Shown one piece after another: positions 35,601 to 47,600 of a stretch of 64,000 bases of DNA. The translations under genes were made by a program, and so were the position numbers. Under the pieces are notes generated by a model. The model did no database searches and was not told the origin of the DNA. It saw nothing but the letters and a program-made list of their open reading frames with translations. Location of the stretch: positions 78,368,001 through 78,432,000 of the forward strand of contig OZ024744.1 in assembly GCA_964016885.1 (NCBI GenBank), read 5' to 3'. The DNA is from Eledone cirrhosa (lineage: Eukaryota). How positions within the stretch are numbered: the stretch's first letter is position 1; every line of letters begins with the position of its first letter.

Positions 35601-38600
35601 GTAGACCACGAAAAACATGGGCGGAGGTGGTAAGAACAGACCTCAGATCATTGAAGCTCACGGTGGAGATGATGAGGGACCGTGACGAGTGGAGAGATGC
35701 TGTGCTGAATAAGACCCGTCCCACCCTTGCAAGCAGGGAAAAGCGGGCGTAAAATGATGATGATGATCTGTGTCTCAGAGAGAGTAACGTTTAGAAGATG
35801 CATTTTCAGCTGCCAAAAGGCGCTCGATAGGAAATATACGGTGAGTTTTTTTGTTTTGTTTTTTTCATATATATCTGTGTCTCAGAGAGAGTAACGTCAT
35901 GGGGGAGAATGGTTGTAGTATTGATGACGGAGCAACTTCTATTTGTATTAGGGGTGAAGGTACTGGCCCGAAGTGTTAGTGAAATTGCGTTGATTGTTGC
36001 TGTACACATATGATCTGGTGTTAATATCAGTTTGGATGGACTGAGACAGGAGTAGGAGAAATATATGAAGGTAAATATTGGAAAGATAGTGGTGGTAAGA
36101 TAGAAAGAACAGGAAAGTGGCTGTGTACAATGTGCATGAAGAATATTGGTGTGCACTCCATTAAATTTACAATATGCATTATGTGGATATATCAAAAATG
36201 TGGTGTGGAGGACTATTAAATAATGTGGCATTTACATTTGTGTATAGAGGAAGCTCCAGCTAAAGATCTTGAGAATGGTGTGAAGGTGGAAATTTTTTTT
36301 GTACTTTGAAGCGATGACTTAGAAAGTAACTCACTAATAACTAGTTCATGGAATAATTTGTGAGATGTACTATGGTTTATGGGAGGAAACGGGTAATGAC
36401 TGGAGCATCACTAACAAGGATACTTAATAGTGGTAAATGTGAAGCAGTTGGGTCATTTGTTGAAGAAAGATGAAAGTGACTGATAAGACGGTAATGAATG
36501 TAGAGATTTAGAGGAAGAGGAGCACCAAGAAAGATGCCTAAAGATGAAAGACAATGTATGGGGAAGCATGTCGCTAGAAGCTGTTTTAGCAGCAAAAATG
36601 ACCTTAAAATGCTTTCACTGCCATTTACATTTCGATTGGTCTTGAAAATTTAGCTGATTTATTGTCCAGCTTGGTGTATTTTCTTTTCCTCCCACAATTG
36701 TGGGATTGATTTAATTAAATAAATAATTGTAACATTTAATGGTTTCTGTGTATTTCTGTGAAATAACAAAATATATTATGGGCGGAGGTGGTGAGAGCGG
36801 ACCTCAGATCGCTGAAACTCACCGAGGAGATGACGAAGGACCGTGACAGTGGAGAGATGCTGTGCTGTGCAAGCAGAAAAAAGCGGACGTAAAATGATGA
36901 AAATTAGGGCATGATTACTGAACTGATTTTAAATAGTTAATGTTGACTTGAGATATGGACATCTTGATTTGTATAATTAATGTTATGGAAATGTTCTGGT
37001 CACCTTGATTGATTGCATTCTTTTTTTTTCTTTCTTTTTATTCTATTTGTTGTAGGTTTATTGGTGAACTTTTTAAATTAAACATGTTAACAGAGAAAAT
37101 TATGCATGATTGTGTTAGTAATTTGCTAAGATCTGGAGATGAAGAGAGTCTGGAGTGTTTATGTCGCTTATTAAAAACAGTGGGTAAAGAAGTTGATTCT
37201 GATGTTTCAAAAGTAAGTTTGTATATCTTTATATTTAATATAATGATGAGTTTTTTTTTTGTGACTTCTAAATACATGCTTAGGATTTTTAATTAAAATT
37301 AATCTATTGCACTTTATTTTGCATATCCTTACAAGAGTGAAAAGTGATTTTACAAATTTTCAGTCTAAACAGGAAATGGAAAATATTAAACTTTTTATTT
37401 TTAAAATATATAAAGAATAAATAAAAGTAGTTTTATTATATAATTCTGAATTTGCTTATAAATTACAAAATTCTTTACTATGATTGAAAATATTTTTCTG
37501 CAGGCTATTATGAAAACATATTTCCAACAAATGAAAGATATTGTGAATGAAAAGAGGACCTCATCACGAGTGCGTTTCATGTTACAAGATGCTATTGAAC
37601 TACGTGAGAACAATTGGGTACCAAGAAGGGCAGAGAATAACCCAAAGACAATACAGCAGATCCATTTAGAAGCTGCACAAGAGGAGAAGGAACGTAAACA
37701 ACTTCTAGAAAATGCAGCTGCAAAACAAAGAAACATGCATCATCGAGGTATTGGTAATGGTGCCACCAACATAGGCATGCCTTCCGGTCCTGGAGGAAGA
37801 AGTAAGTCTCTTATTTAACCTCTATTATTGATAAAGTTAACTATTTAATATCTTGAATATTTAAATGATGTTAATGGAATTTTGAACACAAACAACTTAT
37901 TCTTTCTCATTTTAAAATTTACTTCGGAAACTGGCTACTCTATTTTTAATATTAATTCAAATTCTATGTATCCCCGTTCATTTAGTAAGCACATGCACAC
38001 CCTTAAGTTCTTAACTCTCTTATTTTACTCATATTTGGCTCCCCACCACCTCCTGTATTTGGTAACTTATGTCACTAAATTAAATTGACATTTTGAAAAG
38101 GGGCATTTTTGAATGTGATGAATACTTAATTTTAATATTAATCTTATTTGTTTTAAAGAAATTACAAGTGATCTACTACTAGATAAATCATTCCTTTTGT
38201 TACTTGGCCTAGCATTTACAATATCTCATTGTATATTTGAAATATTCATGTTGGTTTTTAACATAAAAACTTTGATTATTGCAGCATCTCAGGGGAGAGT
38301 TTCATCGATGGGTAATGCAGTTGGAGTAGAGGATGGCTGGAGTACAGTGAGAACAACATCTAAATTTGACATAACTAAATTGCGATTGCCATCGGTAGGT
38401 ATCGAATAATTGTTGAGAATTTACTAATTATTAATAATTTATGGTTTAAATACAGTCTAGATGGACTGAAAGTTTTGTTTTTAAAAAAAAGTTGCTGTCG
38501 TAATTAATATCTCTATTTTGCAGGTATTCATAATATATCTTTACTTGATTGAAGGAAATTTTACTATAAAAAATGTAATTAGGATGCTTGTGTTCATTTA

Positions 38601-41600
38601 GTTTAGTGTCGTTAATCATATAATCACTCATTCTGCTGGGGGGGGGGGGGGGGGGGGGTTTATAAAATTTCGTATTTGTACCACCACACACAATCTGTGT
38701 TGCTCGTGCAAAAATTCTAGTTTATTGAAGATGATTTGATGCTAGAATTCTTATTTCTTCCACTCTTTCCTTACTGGTGACTATATGATTATTTCCCTAA
38801 GCCAAAATAGTGAAGCTTCGATAGTTGTTTAACATGCCAATACAAAAATTGTGCTCTATATTCATAAATAATGAAGATAAATGCATGAAATTCTCGGAAG
38901 ATTCCAAATAGAATTTTCTAAAAGATGTTGCAAAAAATTTTCATTGTTTACAGATTATTGAATCAAACAGTTTCATGTGATATAAGCAGAAATGTGGGGG
39001 GAAATGTTCTGTATGTACCAACATATACATACTAGGAAGTTTCTTTAAATATTTTAAGAGAAATGTTGCAGATGATGTGGCTTGAAACAGTTGATTTACT
39101 TAGCACTGCTCATATCCTGCTTTTGGTTCCTTTCTCTTTTTGTTTGGAATATTGCTTGCAAGTTCTCTTTTCTCTAAATCTACAGGTTGGTGCATAGCAC
39201 CTTGGACCAAGTGAACTTCTTGCAAGGCTCTTTTCTTTTACATGAGTAGTCGCTAATTAGTTGATGGACCAGATTCTTTCTGAAACCTGCCTGATTAGAT
39301 TTTTTTTTTTTGTGCTTGCCTTTTTATACAGGAGTTTTGTGGTTTGATGGTTCTTTCGTTAGCACAAATGAACATTTAGCCATATCAACAATGAAAAAAA
39401 CATATTTCTACCATTTGTTGGATTTTCTTTTTGTGCAGTAGCTGGCTCTCTACAGGTCTGCACGATCTACATCATATGCTCATTGTAGTTTTCACTGCCT
39501 TGGGACATGGCACATTGCAGTGTTCCTCAGTCTTCTGTGGCCACCATGTTCCTCTTTTGTTTTTGTATTTTATATTTAATTATCGCTATGCTCCTAATTG
39601 GGGTAAACTAAAAATAGTTCCCTAATTCATCCAACCACTGAGCATTTTACATCAGAAACAAATATCCCTCATATTACAACTAGACATGATTTACCTTTGA
39701 ATGCTAACCATCACTAACAACTACAGGCAGCATCATGGGAGCAATGATTTAATCATGCTATATCAACTTGAAGCTAAGTGTTTTATTGTCTTATAAACAT
39801 GTCATGGATTTTTCATTTTTACACAAGCTTGATTTTCTTTGGGTTAATCCTCATTATTATAGATTAACATATTGTGATATGAAATAGAAATTGTAATTTA
39901 TATTTGAATCAGCTATGTAAAAAGTTATCAGGAAGCTTTGAATGATAGGTTGGATAAATTAAAAGATTTCTGAAATTGACCTAAGTTTGACATATTTGAT
40001 TTCCAAGGTGTATATTTTAGGATGAAATGGTATATTGATGGGCTGTTGTGTCTAATAAATATCAAGTAAATTGACATTCTTTAATGTTCACATGTATTTT
40101 TTTATTAATTTTATTAAAATTTATTTTTCTAGATTAACAATGATAATGTTCAATTAGGCCCCGGTGGAGGAAATCCTGCTGGTTGGGGCCGTGGAAGCAC
40201 TGGTTGTCTTAAAGGTACACAAGAATCAGAGAGACCTGGAAACAGGTATTTCATTTTTGATAATTTTCATGTTTATTAACCTTTTTGTTACCAAAATATA
40301 TGGATTTACCTATTCATACTTAAAAGAAAATCTTAGTTTAAAGTGCAGTGGAATGTGGACTTGATATTCCCAATAATGTAAACAGCAAAAGTATTGATTA
40401 ACTGATGTATCATTCAATCATTTCAGTTTAATCAATACTTTTGCTGTTTACATTATTGGGAATATAAAGTCCTCCTTCCACTGCACTTTAAACTAAGATT
40501 TTCTTTTAAGTATGAATAGGTAAATCCATATATTTTGGTAACAAAAAGTTTAATAACTTCTAATATACAAATTGCAGTTTATATTGTGTGACACTAAATA
40601 TCCTTTAATCTCTTCAGGTTCTATGCTTTGAGCCGAGCTGATGATGACAGTCGAAATTCGATGTATTCTGGAAAAGGAGCCAGCTCTGGTCGTAGTGAAA
40701 TTGGACGTCCTTTAACGTCAAGTTCTAGTGCCAGTAGCAGTGGCTCCAGGAGCAAGATTTCTTCGTTACAATCTGAGGAAGGTGATAGAGAGGGTGCATT
40801 AGGCTCTGCACGGTGAGTATGTTCATTATAAAATCTGCATTTTTGTGTTCATGTCAATAGTAAAAATATGAATTGGATTGGGAAGCAAAATACTTAATAC
40901 ATAATTCACACTTTGTTTTAATGTGTTTTGTATAAGAAATCATTCTTACTCACTTCTGTGAGGTTGACTACTAGGTGTATTTTTCACTCGTTGCAGGAAT
41001 ATTCATAATAGAGGCAGCAAAACACTACCAACATCCCAGGTTCCCAGCAGAGAAAGCAGTCAATCTCGAGAAAAGTCAACAAAGAAAACTGTTGAAATTT
41101 TGAATGAATATTTCTCTTCTAATAGTATTGATGTAAGATTTGAAATCTATTTAATATACTAAATATGTTTTAATTACTTTTTACTAATACTTCACTTGTA
41201 TTTGGAACCAGTTTACTCATTTAAATTTCTAATTTGCCATATTTCAAAGGTCTTTACTTGATTGCGCTATTTAAAAAAAAAAATTTTATTTCCACATGGT
41301 GCTAATAAGCTTTTTCCTTCTGGTATAAATAAGATAATTGATATGTGTAGAAAATTCAGTTAAGAGTGCTTTTTCTAAGTATTTCTGATTCATTCACTTA
41401 ATGTTTGAATTGCTTTGTGTACATGAATTTATATTTATTTTATTCCTTAGGAGGCGAAGCTCAGTGTTCAGGAACTTCCTAATCGACAGAAATTCATAGT
41501 TGATGCTTTCAATATCACTTTGGAGCGGTCGGAAGCCTCGCGGAAACAGTCAGGACAACTTATGACTATTTTAGTAAAAGAAAAAATCATAGATGGTAAA

Positions 41601-44600
41601 ATATATACACATGGGTATGTATGGGTGTTTTTGTTTTTTTAATCTAGTTTTGTTCTAATATTGTGATATTGAAAAATTTATTACTCTTATTAAAATAATT
41701 ACTTATCTTACTGTTTATCCATTTTATATCCTAGGGTTTGCTGGCAGAACATTTTATTACTAACCTAATCAAACTAGTTTGAGTGAATAGTAACATTAAT
41801 TTGGCCATAATGAGAGTAAATGTAAAATAAATATAATTTATATTACTTTAAAATTTGTCTTCATATAAAGTTTTTGAAAGAAAAGAAAAAATTAACAATA
41901 CATTATTTGGGGTTTTTGATTTCTATTTTTCAATCTTTTTAATCGCATCGTTAACAATAAAGATACATACAATTTGAAAGTTAAAAAGTTAGGTTATATA
42001 GGGCAGCTTATTTTTCATACAAAGATGGTTGGGGAATTACCATAACATTTTCATTTTTAGCTGATTTTAATTACGTAATTATGTCTACTTACAGATAATT
42101 AGTCCTGTTAACCCTTTCGTTACCATATTTCTAACCAAAATACACTCCTTATGTGTTTCAATTAATTTCTAACATAATCATAAATTTAGTCTGGTTTCAT
42201 TAAACAACTTTTTTATTTATCAACATATTGTGATTTTTTGGAAGAAAATTTAACGAAAGGTTCTCAACCAATTATTCTATTCCATATTTTTTGTCTCAAA
42301 GTGACTCTAATTACAGGTAAATACAGGTAAATTCAACAAAATATGAAATGATTTAAATTTTGTTCAAACATCGCTATAGAAAATGGGTTATTAGCTAATA
42401 TTCAATTAGGTATACAACAAAATAGAGTTGATTAAATAAGCTCTCCCACATACATAGATATGCAGAAATATACAATAATGATTTACAAAAGAAATTAATC
42501 AAAACTCATCATTCACCTTACAGGAAAAATAAAAACTAAGTAAATTTGAAAATATTAATAAAATAAAATCACACATATATACAAATCAAACAATATTCCT
42601 ATCATGAAAACTTGTGAAGCACTCTGCTCTACATAATGCAACCTTGCAGAATGCACATTGGAAAGTTTTGTTTCAACAGACCTTCCACTGGGAGGTTTCC
42701 TTTTTTGATGAAGGCATTCACGACACTGCCTTTTCTGACCCTCGATTTTTTTTTTTTTTTTTTTTTTTTTTCCTCCCCCTCTAATTTATGGAGATCGGCT
42801 GAATTCAGAGGGATATCTCTCTGGCAGGCTTTGGTTTTTCTACATAGTTTTTTTTTTTTTTTTTTTTGAGGAATAACCAGCTCTTAATTGTGTTGCTACA
42901 TCTGCTCGGAACTGCCAACTGAATAAGACATCATCTGATTCATCCGATCTACACCACCCATGTACCTGTTATAATCAAGATTCACAAATGGGGTGCCATT
43001 TTCATCCACAAAATTGATCTGCCTCTTATCTATGTATGCGGTCGTTAGCAAATTTCCTTTCTGCCGTTGAATTATTTCATCTTTTTTTTTTTTATATCCA
43101 ACGGCAGTCCTTTTCTATTAGCGATCACTGTAGCACATGTATGTGTTGCCACAGTATCTAAATTCTCCGCAAGTTTGACCGAACTGAAAAACCGGTCAAA
43201 AAAATAATATACGGCCCTGGTTAGGGTATGGAAGTGATAAATTCCAGACCACATCATACATTAGGCCATGCTGACTTACATAATTGTCTCTTTTGCCAGT
43301 ATAAAATTCAAATCCAGAGCAGTACCCAGTATTCGATTCGCAAATCTTCCAAACTTTCATCCCCCATTTTGTGGGCTTTCCTGGCATATATTGTCGAAAA
43401 CGCACTTGGCCTTTATAGCCCACCATACCCCCATCGATAGATTAATATCTCCCTGGTTTGTCAACTGTTTTATGTTTTGAACACAATCAATGAGGGGTCC
43501 TATTTTAAATAAGGGATCATGGTTTAGTTCTCCACGTGTCTCTTACATGTAAATACTGCGTCGATTTAAAAAACCGTGTCCTCGTCATGATACTTGACAT
43601 TCGTCTCCAAAGGGTTCATCGCTACTCCAGTAATTTGTAATTCTGGGTAGCTTTCTAATGCCCATAATAATATTTATGGCAAAATAAGCCCTAATTTCAT
43701 TTAAGCTTGTGGGAAACCGCAAACTATCCTTTTTTTCGCTTTGTTTACTTTCAGCGTAACAGTTTGTTTCCGCCGTAATAATTTCAAACAAGCTCATAGG
43801 AAATAGTCTAAAACTTTGCTCTCCTGGGATAGACTGTGACTTGGTCCAGTTTCTTCATAAAATCACTGAAAGAAACAGTTTTTAAATTTTTACTCCATTC
43901 AGGTGCCAATTCATTTTCTTTATCACTGTCATTGGAGCTCTCGGATTCACTGCTTTCACTTTCGGAAAATGAAACATCGGATTCATTATCAAATACCACG
44001 TGCTTTTTTTTTTTTTCAGTTATAGAGTTAGATTTTTCAAGGTCTTCAGTAGAAAATCCTACGAATTCTGACTCGCTGCTTGACTGAATGAAATTGGTAT
44101 CCATTTTTTGTCAGAATTAAAAATTTTCAAAATACAACAGGAACAAATTTGGAAAAAAATCTCCCAAAATTCACAGAATTAAAATAACATGTCGATATTT
44201 GTCCGAAACTAGCTCAATTGTTTACATAGTACATTCGTGAAAATACGTGATTATGCTAACGAGATTTGCTCTGATATTCTCATTTAAATATGAATGTGTG
44301 AGTTTGGGCGGCTTGGTCACACATGAACCAAAATTTTTTCGGGCGGCTTTGTGCGGTTTGGTAACGAAAGGGTTAATTTAACTAAAATGTTTTTTCTGCT
44401 GAATATTCAAATAATTCCTTTTCTCCCCGCATATTTTTAAATTTCCAGGTTTTAAATATTTGATTGCTTCATTTACAGCTTAATGGAAATTTTAGAAATA
44501 GCAGAAGATATGAAAATTGATGTACCTAAAATTTGGCAATATCTTGGAGAACTGATTAGTCCAATGATACAGACAGGCGCCATGCCTTTGAATTTTTTGA

Positions 44601-47600
44601 AAACTGCATGTGAACCTTTAAAGAAGACAAATTTAGGTGGTGTATTAACATCTGAAGTATTAACGAGTCTCTGCAAGTTAGTGGTAAGTATAAATCCACA
44701 TGTAGACTTGAGCTTTGAAGTTAATCAATGGTTTTTCATTTTCACTTAACTGGTTATTGCTATTTATACACTCAAATTGAATAGCATTATAGAAATATCA
44801 CTGGAATTTACATTGTCTTATATTATATAAAATGTTTTCCTGTAGTCATGCATTCCTTTCTTTCTCAATTATTTGGCTACACAATCTGGTAAAAATTATA
44901 TTCAATATTTACATCTAATAATGTTGCCATTATTGGGTATGTATATGCTATGGAAAAATGAGTATTGATGTGTTAATTAGAACACTTTTGAATAGAGAAT
45001 TTAAATATTTAGTTTTAAAAGTGCAGTGTAGTAAGGTGGCTACATGCTGAAAGAAGATATTGGTTAACATGCATGAACGTGTTGTTTTGTTACAATTACT
45101 TTGTTTGGTGTTAGGTATATCATAGGATATCTCTCTGTTCAATATATATGTATTCTTTACTGATGTTTTTTACTTTATAGGGACAAGATAAGGCTACAGA
45201 ATTGTGGCAATCATCAAAATTACAATGGTCGGATTTCTTAGAGGACAAAGAAATTGATACTTTTATAAAGGACAAGGTATGTATTTCTCAAATAGTATCG
45301 TCTACATCCTATCCCCACCCTAATTTTTTTTTTCTATCATATAGTCCTTCCCACCATGCAACATTTATGAGCTGGATAGCCTTGCAAGCAGGGAAAAAGC
45401 GGACGTAAAATGAAAATGAAATGAAATAGCCTTTGCAGGATTTTATTCCACACAAGTTGATTTTCTTTTCTAAAATTTAATTAATCTTCTTCCAGAAACT
45501 TGAATATACGCTTGGGAAAAATGTTTCTAAACCATCAGCTAGTTCTTTGACAATAGCCAACATTCAATCAATGTTAACTGATTTAATAACTAAATCAGAA
45601 CCTTCAGAGGATGTGATAACAGCCTGGATAGAGGTAAACTCTCTCGCTCTCTCTCTCTCTCGCTCTCGCTCTCTCTCTCTCTCGGTCTCTCTCTCTCTCT
45701 CTCTCTGTCTCTGTGTGCACAATTTTGTAATTATAATTTTGGTGGTTTACTTGCAAGTCTTGTTTGGTATTTAATCTTTCTTACCAAATTATCAGCCATA
45801 TCTCTAGTGCTTTAAAGAAACTTTCAATCTGTTTCATTCTTTCCCCAAACCACTTAACTCTTAGCATCCTGTACTGCAATAGATCCATATGAGCTAGTCA
45901 TTATTTTTTTAAATATATGACTATACCACATGAAAAATTAAATCCTTTATTCAAATAATGCAGCAATCTGTAAAGATACATTAAATATTTAAGTTAACAA
46001 ACTCACTTTGAGATATTTTCTCATAAATCATTGCAGAATGTTAGTTAAATATTAAATCCACTTTTGTATTTGTATTTTCTTGTGATGTGATATATAATTT
46101 TGTACTCTGTCTAGGCTAATGTCTCAGAGCAACAGAAGAAGGATCCACTCTTAATCCGTGCTATTATGACTGCAGTATGTTCAAGTTCTATCTCAGGTCA
46201 GCACTTGGTACTTTTTTAAACCTCATCGTCTTCATTGTTTTTACGTCTGTTAGCAGTATAAAATTGTATAATGTTGTTCACTCTTATTGTATCTGTCTTG
46301 TCTTTATTATTATTTCTACAAAATATGCTCATTATTTTAGTAAATGTTTAAGAATATCAAGTGGTTTACAGCAACATTGCTTGTATGTATACAATTGAAA
46401 TATATTGACTTTTCCATTTTAAGAAATGTATCCCTGTTGGCAATTTTATATTGAAAATCTATTAGCTTTTCCTTCTTATAAAGGAATTGTGGTTTTTATA
46501 ATTAACATATTCTTTTTATTGATATAATTGATTTTGTGCAAAGTTGTCTACTGAATCATTTAACTATCATATAGAACACAAAGTAGGTACATCAATATAC
46601 TGTCAAGACTAGCACATTGGTTATATAAGCATTGGGTCAATGCATGCAGTGGTAGTTTGGAATATTGGCAAAGTTTTTTTGTTTTTTTTAGTCACCGCTA
46701 GTCAATTTAATTATATTCAGACTTGAACTTGGGGTTTCTTTGCCTTAATCCAGAGCTTTATGTATGCATTTCAACTTTTTGTCCACATGGATTTAATGCA
46801 AAGTGATTCTTCTTCTCTCATTCAAAAATTTGCTGAAAATAACTAAATACTATGGTATGATACATATTTTTTATATCAAGTATTTGTTAGTTGTTGTCTT
46901 TTAATGTTCTTAAAGCTATATGGCCCACGTTTCTTTTTCTTAGTTTGGTCATAATCTACCAGAAGTTCTCTTGAGTGAGTTTGGTACTAAAAGAAATAAT
47001 GGTTTCTTTTTATAGAGGAGAAATCTATACAAGAAGAAAGGTTACAAGGTTACTGCAGTTTACTGAAAAGATATTTGAAAAATAAAGACGACGAGGTGCT
47101 GGCCCTATATTCGCTCCAGTTATTGGATACCAAACTGGAGCACCCACCAAGTAAGTTTCTTTTCAGTTCTACTCTTTATTTACTGGTACAAGTCTTTCAC
47201 ATTTTACTGTTAGCTCTCTACTTGGACTGAATAGTATGCCTTTGGGTCTGGTTAATCTGGATATGCAGTCATTCAACCTGCTTCAAATTTGTTGGTAGTT
47301 TTGCTTCCATCTCATATTTCATGGTGGTTAGTATTGGTGCTTAGTAGCATTTCAATTGTATTGGTCTTCAAAGTGTTGCTAGCTTCTTTGAAAATTCCAT
47401 TTACCGGTGGTTTAGACTCCCTTTTAAGGGAAAATGAAATCTTAGGGCTGTGTGGCTAACAAGTTCTACATTTGAAGCTATTATAATTATTCAGCAAGTA
47501 TTTAAAATATGAAAATATTCTGAATATTCTTGAAATATATATTTGTGTGTGTATGTATGTATGTATCATCATTTAACATCTATTTTCCATGCTTGCATCA

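Noticed and set aside
35168-35724. Antisense ORFs over the RTE copies (also 7178-7948 and 22338-23087)
   Set aside because: Shadow ORFs of the RT coding strand with no recognisable domain.
38637-38658. Poly-G/poly-C tracts (also 23785-23815 and 51268-51298) as G-quadruplex elements
   Set aside because: Simple homopolymers of unreliable length with no supporting context.
42112-44372. Domesticated PGBD gene
   Set aside because: Multiple frameshifts and poly-T expansions with the TIRs and TSD still present indicate a dead transposon.
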